Shown here piece after piece: positions 17,688-26,275 of a stretch of 35,096 bases of DNA; the first letter of the stretch is position 1; each line of letters opens with the position of its first letter. The translations under genes were made by a program, and so were the position numbers. The DNA comes from a virus (taxonomy: Duplodnaviria; Caudoviricetes). The notes below the pieces were generated by a model. The model ran no database searches and was not told the DNA's origin. It saw only the letters and a program-made list of their open reading frames with translations. The DNA is taken from IMG/VR virus record IMGVR_UViG_3300005259_000015, positions 1 to 35,096 of that record. One strand, 5' to 3'.

Positions 17688-17766
17688 TATTTAGTAGATA
17701 GTATTTAGAAGAAAGAAATGGAAAACGAACAAAAATAATAAATAAGAAATTAAAATAATATAAAAA

Positions 17767-18714
17767 ATGGATAACAAAGAATTAATAGCGATTGTAAAAG
17801 GTATCATAGATACCAACGTTGGCGGACTTGTAACCACAAAGCAGTTAGACAAATTCATAACAACTATTGTTGACAAGTCAGGATTTTTAAAAAGGGGCAG
17901 AGTGGAAAGAAACATTGCCACTACATTGCAGCTTGACAGACTTGGAATAGATTCCAGAGTCTTGAGGAAAAAGGTTGAGGCAGTTGCTCCGACAACACCG
18001 ACAGGTGTAACCAGAGAATACGAAGTATTAACACCTTCAAAGGTGATATTATACTCGCAGCTTTCATACGACTGGCTACAGAAAGCGCTTGGTGGCACAC
18101 CGAATTTAAACCCTGATTCAGCCAATGCGGTTGAAAACTTAGTCTATGATTTACTTGCAAAGCAATTTGCAAACGACTTAGTTGACTTAGGATTTAACGG
18201 TGACACCACACAAACAGGTGACGATTTTTTAAAGATAATGCACGGCTGGCTGAAGAAATTCAGTTTGAATGCAAGCTGCCATAACGATACATACGCCGGC
18301 AGTGATGTATTGACTGATATATTCGATGCAATGTATGAAGCGATGCCGACAGAATTCAAAATTGATTCTTCAAAATTGAAATATCTGGTAAATCCGAAAA
18401 CAGCGACAGCATACAGAAGATTACTTGGCGAAAGAAACACAGCACTTGGTGATTTAATGATGGTGAAAAACGAGCCGTTATACTACAATGGAATTTTAAT
18501 TGACCCGATATGGGCAATGCCGGAAGATCACATTGTATTATCATTTGACGAGAACTTCGCAATCGGATTCGGTCAGAACATGCTGGTTGAAAGAGACAAA
18601 GACATTAAGGCGCAGACAATTGACTTAGTTGTAACCGCTGACATAGCATACAACTGTGTGATTCCTGAAGCAGTAGTGTATTACACAAAATCGTATCGTC
18701 AATTGTCGGAATAA
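17767..18714 (+). CDS. Major capsid protein (XkdG/P2-like)
   Basis: FANDLVDLGFNGD, GWLK and LGERNTALGD motifs; follows protease; strong terminator downstream. Confidence 0.88.
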   Translation: MDNKELIAIVKGIIDTNVGGLVTTKQLDKFITTIVDKSGFLKRGRVERNIATTLQLDRLGIDSRVLRKKVEAVAPTTPTGVTREYEVLTPSKVILYSQLSYDWLQKALGGTPNLNPDSANAVENLVYDLLAKQFANDLVDLGFNGDTTQTGDDFLKIMHGWLKKFSLNASCHNDTYAGSDVLTDIFDAMYEAMPTEFKIDSSKLKYLVNPKTATAYRRLLGERNTALGDLMMVKNEPLYYNGILIDPIWAMPEDHIVLSFDENFAIGFGQNMLVERDKDIKAQTIDLVVTADIAYNCVIPEAVVYYTKSYRQLSE

Positions 18715-18718
18715 ATGG

Positions 18719-18755
18719 AAGAGCCGCTGCTGGTGAAATGGTGGCGGCTCTTTTT
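18719..18755 (+). terminator. Intrinsic terminator after capsid gene
   Basis: AAGAGCCGCTGC...GTGGCGGCTCTT followed by TTT. Confidence 0.85.
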
Positions 18756-18774
18756 GTAAGAGGGTGGAGGTAGA

Positions 18775-18917
18775 TAGATGATAGATGTTAGATGATAGAT
18801 GTTAGATGATAGATGATAGGTGTTAGATGATAGATGTTAGATGATAGATGATAGATGATAGATGATAGGTGTTAGATGTTAGATGATAGGTGTTAGATGT
18901 TAGATGATAGATGATAG
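18775..18917 (+). repeat. Heptamer tandem array, ~20 units of TAG(A/G)TG(A/T)
   Basis: Directly visible. Confidence 0.95.
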
Positions 18918-18943
18918 AAAAGCAAAACAGAAATAAAAAATAA

Positions 18944-19405
18944 ATGGCAGAGGAAGAAAAAATATACATAACGACTACGGAATTGATAAAGCAGCTTGGG
19001 AACATTGACAAGGTTGATGAGACTACGAAGATATTACCGATGATGCCTTTAGGTAAGCGGGATATGATAAAGGTGATAGGACAGGATAAGTACGATGAAT
19101 ATTTAGATTTAGCAGAAGATGATTTTGACTATCAGATACTTGCCAGAGCGGAAGCATACTTTGATTTATGTTATATCGCGAGAGCTTTGAATAAAGTATC
19201 GACAGGATCGGGATATACGCGTTCGACAGGGTTTCAGGATTCGAGACAGGAGAATATGGGTGAGAGTGAATTGGAGTCAATGATAGAAAGTTACAGAGCT
19301 GAAGCGAATAATTTATTAACTGATTATAAGATAGTGAATGACACTGATGAAGACGGGAATGATGATTCGGCAAGAGCGGGGAATATAACGATGATAAGTA
19401 TTTAG
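18944..19405 (+). CDS. Putative head-tail adaptor
   Basis: Position after capsid, 153 aa, helical; LARAEAYF. Confidence 0.55.
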   Translation: MAEEEKIYITTTELIKQLGNIDKVDETTKILPMMPLGKRDMIKVIGQDKYDEYLDLAEDDFDYQILARAEAYFDLCYIARALNKVSTGSGYTRSTGFQDSRQENMGESELESMIESYRAEANNLLTDYKIVNDTDEDGNDDSARAGNITMISI

Positions 19406-19408
19406 TCG

Positions 19409-19915
19409 ATGGAGGATACATTTGATAAAGGGTTTGAGGCGTATGAGGGTAAAGTCAGGATAATGATAGAGCAGATAATGATGAGGATACTTTTGAAGAT
19501 ACATCGTGATGCTGATAAGATAATAAGAGACAACAAGGCGATAGCGAGTGCAGAGATGGTGAAGAATTTAAGGGAGCGGGTTTATTATGAAGCGGGTAAG
19601 ATAGTCGGGGTGGTTGGAGTCGGAGCGAATGTTCCTTATGGAATATTCAGGCATGAAGGAACGAAGCCTCACTTTCCGCCGATTGAGCCGTTAGCGAAAT
19701 GGGTAATACAAAAAGGTTTATTGAGAGATGACAAAGGTAAGACGATGACACCGAGGAGAGCAAAGAAAGTCGGAGCGGATGTGAGAGCGAGACAGATAGC
19801 GTTTTTGATAGCGAGGAAGATTTCGAAACGCGGAACGACAGGGTTGAGATTTTTGAAGATGGCATTAGATATGAATGCGGGATGGATAGTTTCACAGTTA
19901 GCGGTTAAGAGATAG
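19409..19915 (+). CDS. HK97 gp10-like neck/tail completion protein
   Basis: NVPYGIFRHEGTKPHFPP and IARKISKRGT...FLKMA. Confidence 0.78.
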   Translation: MEDTFDKGFEAYEGKVRIMIEQIMMRILLKIHRDADKIIRDNKAIASAEMVKNLRERVYYEAGKIVGVVGVGANVPYGIFRHEGTKPHFPPIEPLAKWVIQKGLLRDDKGKTMTPRRAKKVGADVRARQIAFLIARKISKRGTTGLRFLKMALDMNAGWIVSQLAVKR

Positions 19916-19961
19916 TATTTGGTATATGGTATTGAGTAGTGAGATAACAGAAAAATAAAAA

Positions 19962-20378
19962 ATGGAATTACAGGAAAAAATAATAAAGGCGATAGAGGAT
20001 AACGACACAGAGGGAATGGACTTAGATTTTGTGAAATATTTTTCAAGGACGAGTTTATTCCCGCCGAAGGATTATCCTGCTGTGATAGTTGATGAAGAGC
20101 CATTTGATTTCGGTCAGGCAAACGGAGGGGTGTTCGGAGAGGTTCAGGAATGTACTATTTATCTTTTGACAGAGGTAAAAAATTTAAATGAGATGGATGA
20201 ATCGGATTACAAAGGATACAAAGAAGAGAGTTATGCAAAGATGAAGATATTGCGGGATAAGATTTATGATGAAGTCGGGAACATTGAATTTGGGAGAGGT
20301 GATAATTATATGACGACAATTGAGAGTGTACCGGTGATGTGTGTGGTGGTGCCGGTGAAGAAGACGATTTTAAATTAG
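19962..20378 (+). CDS. Putative tail terminator/completion protein
   Basis: Acidic 138 aa with YPAVIV motif; position in neck module. Confidence 0.5.
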   Translation: MELQEKIIKAIEDNDTEGMDLDFVKYFSRTSLFPPKDYPAVIVDEEPFDFGQANGGVFGEVQECTIYLLTEVKNLNEMDESDYKGYKEESYAKMKILRDKIYDEVGNIEFGRGDNYMTTIESVPVMCVVVPVKKTILN

Positions 20379-20439
20379 TAGTTAGTATTTAGTATTTAGT
20401 AGTTAGAAAGAGAAGAGAAAAAAAGGAAAGAAAAGAGCG

Positions 20440-20472
20440 TGGATTCCCGATAGAAACATTCGGGAATGACAA
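20440..20472 (+). repeat. Palindromic repeat TGGATTCCCGA...TCGGGAATGACAA
   Basis: 30/33 identical to 8302-8334. Confidence 0.85.
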
Positions 20473-20504
20473 AAAGAGAAATGGAAAATAAAAGAATAAA
20501 GAAT

Positions 20505-21458
20505 ATGAAAAAAATAATTTTAGTGGTAATGATGGTGATGGTGCCGATAATATGTATGGCACAGAATCCAAGAATAATCAACAAGACAATCGGGACCGGC
20601 AATGATACGTTATTGCTTGGTATTAAGGGACAGAAAACGATTAAGGTTGAAGTCGCGAGCGGAGACAGCGCGTATGTATTGATACCTGATGAATCGGGAA
20701 ATTTCTCGGTGACAAATTACATAGCGTTATACAGAGGTGACAATGCATCATTTAAATTTGACGGGACAAAGTTAATTACGAAATCGAAGTCATCGAGCAA
20801 CATAACAATATATAATAACGGAATAGACATAGCCCGTAAGTTACAGGGATTTTCAACTGACGAGGAATACACGTGGGTTGGGACACAGACGTTCTATGAT
20901 ATAGTGTTGAATGGGGAACATTTAGATTCATTATTGAATGCAAAAGCGGATACCACTTGGGTATTGGATAAACTGAATCCTTTATTGGGGATTGACACAA
21001 GCAAAATACTTGACCCCGTTGATTTTGCAGGTGGAAAGTTTATTCAGGAATCGAATGGAAGTTTTATTCCTGTTAGTGCAAGTGATTTGTTGGGATATAA
21101 AGAGTTAATTGTTGATGTGATAATAAACAGTGCTGATAGTTTGGCTCAAGTTACAGTAATTCACAATACGACAGGAACTCCTAATAATAGCATTACTGCA
21201 ACATATCAACCAGCACAAGGATTTGATATTCATTTTACTGCTATTACTGGGACTTACTACGTATTAGCACAAACTCAATTTTATTATTCGCAAAGTCTAT
21301 ATGCAACAGGTGGATATTTGACTGACGAAGCATACACAGGGGTAAAGACTACCAATCCGAATATTGTAACATTATTTTCTTATAATACATTGTTTGCAGT
21401 TAATACAGATAATTTATTCGATTCTCATATTCCAATCACTATTAAATTTTATCCATAA
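20505..21458 (+). CDS. Signal-peptide-bearing beta-rich protein (fibre/decoration-like)
   Basis: MKKIILVVMMVMVPIICMA|Q; YTWVGTQTF fibre-type motif. Track start 20466 lies inside the palindromic repeat. Confidence 0.7.
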   Translation: MKKIILVVMMVMVPIICMAQNPRIINKTIGTGNDTLLLGIKGQKTIKVEVASGDSAYVLIPDESGNFSVTNYIALYRGDNASFKFDGTKLITKSKSSSNITIYNNGIDIARKLQGFSTDEEYTWVGTQTFYDIVLNGEHLDSLLNAKADTTWVLDKLNPLLGIDTSKILDPVDFAGGKFIQESNGSFIPVSASDLLGYKELIVDVIINSADSLAQVTVIHNTTGTPNNSITATYQPAQGFDIHFTAITGTYYVLAQTQFYYSQSLYATGGYLTDEAYTGVKTTNPNIVTLFSYNTLFAVNTDNLFDSHIPITIKFYP

Positions 21459-22426
21459 TGAGAAAATTACTTTTATTAATATTCATATTTGTTTCAGTTA
21501 GTTGCTATTCACAAACAAAAGTATTATTTGCAGATTTAGGCACTCCAAATGAATTACACGACCTTTATGTTTATAATGAATTTCTTTTGGCTTACCCTGC
21601 ATTTGACACAAATAATGCAGTACATAGAATTTTTACAGCGATTACTCAAGCGACATTCGATAGTGCAGTGGCGAATGGATGTAAGATAATAGTTCGTTCA
21701 ACGACAGGTGCAAGTGGGATTTTAACGATTGCTAAAAAATATTATCCGAATGTATTACTTGTTATGTCAACAGGAGGTTATCCACTTACAGAATTATGGA
21801 GTGGGGAACTGCCTTGTATAGTTTTGACGGGTGCAGGGGATAGAAATAACGAGACGGCTTATAAAGTTGAGTTTTACGATACGTACATTCAAGAGGGAAT
21901 TTGTCCTCCCGAATATTCTTGGTGTCCTTCATATTCAAATGGTAGAATTGCGGGAAAGTTAACTTTCATAAGGGATTATGCAATTGCTAATAATTATGAT
22001 AGTTCGCTTTGGGCGGTAAGATATTATGCACGAATGAATAGCAATAATCGGGAATCTCCTTCGTCTGTTGATGGGTTTGGGAAAATTGACATAGAACTCT
22101 TCGATATATCACAATTGACTGTTCCTCAAGACCCTTATACTGCAATTGACAGTGTATCAAGCATTACAATTAATTCAAGTATTTCAACAATTGGAATAAC
22201 CTTTCCGACAGTTGCAAATGCAGTAGGTTATCAGATTATAAGGAACGGAATTGTAATTGATACAGTGCTAACAACAACTTTTATAGATAATACTTTGGAA
22301 CGTACAAACTCTGCAACTCCGATTGTATATCAGTATAGAATATTAGGTGCTGGGGATGAAGTAAGTGCAATTTCCGATTCAATACAAGTAAGATTTCGCA
22401 AGTACAATAAAATTTATTTCAAATGA
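21458..22426 (+). CDS. Secreted protein, possible degenerate subtilase-like domain plus FN3-like C-terminus
   Basis: MRKLLLLIFIFVSVSCYS|Q; SYSNGRIAG, GFGKID; NAVGYQIIRNG...YQYRI. Confidence 0.55.
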   Translation: MRKLLLLIFIFVSVSCYSQTKVLFADLGTPNELHDLYVYNEFLLAYPAFDTNNAVHRIFTAITQATFDSAVANGCKIIVRSTTGASGILTIAKKYYPNVLLVMSTGGYPLTELWSGELPCIVLTGAGDRNNETAYKVEFYDTYIQEGICPPEYSWCPSYSNGRIAGKLTFIRDYAIANNYDSSLWAVRYYARMNSNNRESPSSVDGFGKIDIELFDISQLTVPQDPYTAIDSVSSITINSSISTIGITFPTVANAVGYQIIRNGIVIDTVLTTTFIDNTLERTNSATPIVYQYRILGAGDEVSAISDSIQVRFRKYNKIYFK

Positions 22427-22578
22427 GAATTTTGAAGATAATATATTATTTGCCAATAGTGATTTTTCAACTTGCGAAGCAAAGTATGAGAGAGAAATTA
22501 CAACAGAGAAGATATGCGAAGAATGAGAAGGAACGAAGAAATAACATTGAATTAATTACACCAAGAACGAGGGTTTAA
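22423..22578 (+). CDS. Hypothetical 51 aa protein (not in ORF track)
   Basis: MRILKIIYYLPIVIFQLAK...PRTRV*; ATGA coupling. Confidence 0.45.
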   Translation: MRILKIIYYLPIVIFQLAKQSMREKLQQRRYAKNEKERRNNIELITPRTRV

Positions 22579-22590
22579 AAAAATAATAAA

Positions 22591-23763
22591 ATGAGTAAAG
22601 ACAATCAAAATGTACATCTGGGAGAAGGCGATTTACTGCTAAAGTTTCCTGATGACAATGCAGCGGTAGAGATAGGATGGTGCAAAGACTTTCAGTTAGA
22701 TGCGAAAGTAAAGATGCTTTCGATTGAAGCGGGTCAGAGTATATATCCGATTTCACAATTCATCACCGGTGTAGATATGAAAGTGAGTGTGATTGCTTTA
22801 GAATCGACACTTCGAAACTTAATAGCGGCATACGGCGGCGACCCGAACGAAATAACGGAAAGCATTCCTGTCGGTTCGCATAAATACACATTCACAGCGG
22901 ATTTAATGACTCCACCTGAAGCGGTATTGACTTACAAAGTTCCGCGACCATTTGACAAAACCAAGTTTATAGAGCTGACTTTAAACAGGGTTCAATCGGG
23001 CGGCGGTTTGCAGTTACAATTTCAGAAATTAAAAGAGAACACTTTTAAGATGGAGTTCACAGCATTGGCTGAAGAGAATGGCGGAGTGAAGACAGTCGGC
23101 ACTTTGGAGATGGATGAATATGATCCTGAATACTTTGCAGAATTCACGGTTGTAACAAACAGCACCAATCAGGTAGTTGCTGCGGGTTGGAACGATGCAG
23201 ATTTATTCCCACAATACGTTGCTGAAGAGTGGGACAGCTTCGGAGATTTCCTGACTTCGCTTGGGACATTCGTAATTGATTACGGTGACGGAGTGAAGGC
23301 AAGAATTTCAATGGACGATTTAGGATATACACACACATACGCAGCTGCGGGAACATACACACTCACAATATGGAGTCCGTATGTATTTGTGAGCTCGGCA
23401 TACATAACAGCGGTTGGTGATTTGGCTAAATTGAAGAACTTAGTAATTGATAACAGTGACAACATATCAGCTCCTCCGGTACTTGCGGGTTTGGCAGAAT
23501 TAGAATTATTATCAATAACCGAATGTGCGGGAATAGTAACGCCTCCGGCATTGGCGGGACTGACTGCATTAAAGACAGTGGACATGACGAACTGTAAATT
23601 ATTGGTTGCGGGAGTAAACGCAATATTGACAGCGTTGACGGTTGCGGGATTCACAGCACTTGACGTAGTAAGTTTGAAACAGGACCCGGCGACAGTACCG
23701 ACAGGCGGAACGAAGTCAGCGTTCATATCGGCACATCCGGCAGTAACATTAACAACAGACTAA
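22591..23763 (+). CDS. Tail tube protein paralogue with PKD-like and LRR extension
   Basis: N-terminal ~177 aa paralogous to 23844-24392; IDYGDG...HTYAAAGTYTLTI; LAGLAELELLSI and LAGLTALKTVDM repeats. Confidence 0.78.
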   Translation: MSKDNQNVHLGEGDLLLKFPDDNAAVEIGWCKDFQLDAKVKMLSIEAGQSIYPISQFITGVDMKVSVIALESTLRNLIAAYGGDPNEITESIPVGSHKYTFTADLMTPPEAVLTYKVPRPFDKTKFIELTLNRVQSGGGLQLQFQKLKENTFKMEFTALAEENGGVKTVGTLEMDEYDPEYFAEFTVVTNSTNQVVAAGWNDADLFPQYVAEEWDSFGDFLTSLGTFVIDYGDGVKARISMDDLGYTHTYAAAGTYTLTIWSPYVFVSSAYITAVGDLAKLKNLVIDNSDNISAPPVLAGLAELELLSITECAGIVTPPALAGLTALKTVDMTNCKLLVAGVNAILTALTVAGFTALDVVSLKQDPATVPTGGTKSAFISAHPAVTLTTD

Positions 23764-23843
23764 AAGAACAGTGGCAGTTGCAGTGGCAGTTGCAGGGAAA
23801 ATAAAAACAGAGTAAAAAAAATTAAAATAAGGAAAAAATAGAA

Positions 23844-24392
23844 ATGGCAAAAGACAATCAAAACGTTCATCTCGGCGAAGGCGACTTAACTTTAAAATTC
23901 GCTGATGATTCAGTAGCAACCGAGATAGGATGGTGCAAAGATTTTCAGTTAGATGCAAAAGTCAAAATGCTTTCGATTGAAGCGGGTCAGAGCATATATC
24001 CGATTTCACAATTCATCACCGGTGTAGATATGAAAGTGAGTGTGATTGCATTGGAATCTACACTAAGGAACTTAGTAGCGGCATACGGCGGTGATCCGAA
24101 CGACATAGCAGAAAAACAAGGACAGGCGGGAACATTCGTCTATACGTTTTTAGCAGACATCATCGCACCACCCGAAGCAGAATTAGTATATAAAGTTCCG
24201 AGACCGTTCGACAAAACAAAGTACATTACTTTGACATTGAACAAAGTGCAATCAGGCGGCGGTTTGCAGCTTCAATTCCAGAAATTAAAAGAGAATACTT
24301 TTAAAATGGAATTTACCGCATTGGCAAAAGAAGTACAGTCCGTTATGACAGTGGGGACTTTGGAAATGGATGATTACACAGAAGGGGCTTAA
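23844..24392 (+). CDS. Major tail tube protein
   Basis: NVHLGEGDL, IGWCKD, LESTLRNL and MEFTAL; upstream of chaperone and tape measure. Confidence 0.8.
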   Translation: MAKDNQNVHLGEGDLTLKFADDSVATEIGWCKDFQLDAKVKMLSIEAGQSIYPISQFITGVDMKVSVIALESTLRNLVAAYGGDPNDIAEKQGQAGTFVYTFLADIIAPPEAELVYKVPRPFDKTKYITLTLNKVQSGGGLQLQFQKLKENTFKMEFTALAKEVQSVMTVGTLEMDDYTEGA

Positions 24393-24394
24393 GA

Positions 24395-24450
24395 GCAGTT
24401 GCAGTGGCAGTGGCAGGAAGAGCAGTAGCAGGAGCAGTGGCAGAAGCAGG
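24395..24450 (+). repeat. GCAGNN hexamer repeat tract
   Basis: Also at 23769-23795, ~24868-25008, 27286-27305, ~27566-27641 and ~11914-11939. Confidence 0.88.
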
Positions 24451-24511
24451 AAGAGCGGTTACAGAAATTAGGAGTTAGAAATAATAAAAATTATAAAGAA
24501 AGGAAAGTAAA

Positions 24512-25033
24512 ATGAGATACAGAAATGTATTAGGGCTGGTGATGCTGATGTTTGCGATGATTTTATTTTCATCGGAGCAGACACAATCACAGCCGATTCA
24601 GACAAGTTCGACAGCGAAGTACGTGAAGACGGCGGTTGACACAGTCACGTTCACCGGAGTAACAGTTAAGCGGCAGGGGATGATAACGAATCAATCCGCT
24701 GACAAAAACTTAGTTGTATATTTCTCGGACAAAGACGGAATAAAACTTACAAACAGTTACGTAATGATACCGCCCGGAAAGAACTTAAAATTCAACTGTG
24801 TGACCAAGAAGATATTCAGAAATGCAGTTAGCGATAGTGTATTTTCTCAGGTGATATTAGGGGATGTGCAATTGCAGTCGCAGAAGCAGTGGCAGGGAGA
24901 ACAGTTGCAGTGGCAGGAGCAGTTGCAGAAAGAACAGGATAGAAAACTTCCAATTGAAATGCGGGACCCGTGGAGTGAAGAACAGTGGCAGTTGCAGTGG
25001 CAGAAGCACAATAAAAACTTAAAACGAAACTAA
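24512..25033 (+). CDS. Signal-peptide-bearing protein with repeat-derived Gln/Trp tail
   Basis: MRYRNVLGLVMLMFAMILFSSEQTQS|Q; C-terminus encoded by hexamer repeats. Confidence 0.68.
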   Translation: MRYRNVLGLVMLMFAMILFSSEQTQSQPIQTSSTAKYVKTAVDTVTFTGVTVKRQGMITNQSADKNLVVYFSDKDGIKLTNSYVMIPPGKNLKFNCVTKKIFRNAVSDSVFSQVILGDVQLQSQKQWQGEQLQWQEQLQKEQDRKLPIEMRDPWSEEQWQLQWQKHNKNLKRN

Positions 25034-25039
25034 ATACCT

Positions 25040-25074
25040 CCCCTTTACTTTCTCGATGAGGGAAGGTGAAGGGG
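25040..25074 (+). other. GC-rich intergenic hairpin
   Basis: CCCCTTTAC...GTGAAGGGG imperfect stem, no U tract. Confidence 0.45.
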
Positions 25075-25094
25075 CGGAAAAATTAAACAAGAAT

Positions 25095-25364
25095 ATGTTG
25101 ACAATTGAGAATGGAAATCCCGACAAAAAATTAAAAGTATCCTTAACCATATCAGGCTGGGTAGTAATAATATCATTTGTATTTTCACTGGCAGGAGTAT
25201 TCTACGATACAAGAGCCAACATAAACGATTCAAAGGATGACATAAGAGATTTACGTCAGAACAAACTTGATTCATACCGATATGAGCGTGACAGGCAATT
25301 TGACAATTACAAAGACTCGGTAATAAATTGCAAACTCGATTTAATTTTAAGAAACCAAAAATAA
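25095..25364 (+). CDS. Single-TM lysis-cassette protein (holin/antiholin-like)
   Basis: One TM segment plus coiled coil; start 25095 preferred because 25056 lies in the hairpin. Confidence 0.55.
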   Translation: MLTIENGNPDKKLKVSLTISGWVVIISFVFSLAGVFYDTRANINDSKDDIRDLRQNKLDSYRYERDRQFDNYKDSVINCKLDLILRNQK

Positions 25365-25374
25365 AAATTTAGAA

Positions 25375-25533
25375 ATGAAAAACTGGAAAACGACAGTATT
25401 TGGTGTGGCATCGATTATCTTCGGGATCGGTAACATCATATACGGAAATGTAGAAGCGGGAATTGCTTCTATAGTAACCGGATGCGGATTACTTCTCGCG
25501 AAAGATTTCAACGAAACGGGCACGGGCAAATAA
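25375..25533 (+). CDS. Putative holin, 52 aa (not in ORF track)
   Basis: MKNWKTTVFGVASIIFGIGNIIYGNVEAGIASIVTGCGLLLAKD...; two hydrophobic segments, upstream of endolysin. Confidence 0.7.
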   Translation: MKNWKTTVFGVASIIFGIGNIIYGNVEAGIASIVTGCGLLLAKDFNETGTGK

Positions 25534-25639
25534 CCAATAAACAGGGGGCGGTGTTAGTTCGCCGTCCTCTTGATTGGTAGCTGGTATTTGGTAGATAGTA
25601 TTTGGTAGTTAGAATTTAGAAAAATTAAAAAAATTAAAA

Positions 25640-26275
25640 ATGCAGAGGATAAACAGAATAAAATTTTTTACACTTTTTAGAAAGCACTTCGGGAATATAA
25701 AACAATCGCAAGTTGACGGATTGAATTTTTTACTTGATAAACTTGACCAATCGGATTTAATACTGAGAATATCGGAATATGCTTATGTGTTGGCAACGAT
25801 AGCGATTGAATGCAACTGGACTTGGCAGCCGGTTGTAGAGGCATACTGGATAAAGCCGGAGTGGGCGAGAATAGCGGCATTGAAAACATACTATTATCGT
25901 CTTCGCAAATCAATGTATCCGTTTGGAAAACTTTTTGCGGGACAGGGATTTGTTCAATTATCTACATACAACAATTATGTAGTATTTAATAAACTTGTTA
26001 AAAAAAGATTCCCGGATAAAGACATAGTTGAGAATCCAGAGCAGGCAAGAGAGCCGGAGATTGCATGGGTAATATTGGAAGAAGGAATGACATCGAGGGA
26101 AGTAACTTTCAAGGATGAATCTTTTACAGGATATGTATTGAGAGATTTTTTTAATGACAGAAAGATGGATTTCTACAATGCAAGAAAAATCATAAACGGC
26201 TTAAGCGGAGCCGGCAAAATTGCAGGTATAGCGGTAAAAATATATGACTGCTTGGAATTCGAGGAGGCGGCATGA
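25640..26275 (+). CDS. Endolysin, GH19/lysozyme-like
   Basis: QSQVDG, AYVLATIAIE, GQGFVQLS..NNY and ARKIING. Confidence 0.85.
   Translation: MQRINRIKFFTLFRKHFGNIKQSQVDGLNFLLDKLDQSDLILRISEYAYVLATIAIECNWTWQPVVEAYWIKPEWARIAALKTYYYRLRKSMYPFGKLFAGQGFVQLSTYNNYVVFNKLVKKRFPDKDIVENPEQAREPEIAWVILEEGMTSREVTFKDESFTGYVLRDFFNDRKMDFYNARKIINGLSGAGKIAGIAVKIYDCLEFEEAA

Noticed and set aside
18823-19011. 62 aa minus-strand ORF (YHLTSN repeats)
   Set aside because: Artefact of the stop-free reverse strand of the heptamer array
23280-23726. 148 aa antisense ORF and other antisense or alternate-frame ORFs in the track
   Set aside because: Shadows of well-supported genes with biased codon usage
22591-24392. Duplicated tail-tube sequence as a DGR template/variable repeat pair
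   Set aside because: No reverse transcriptase; differences are mostly synonymous and not adenine-specific; both copies are intact genes
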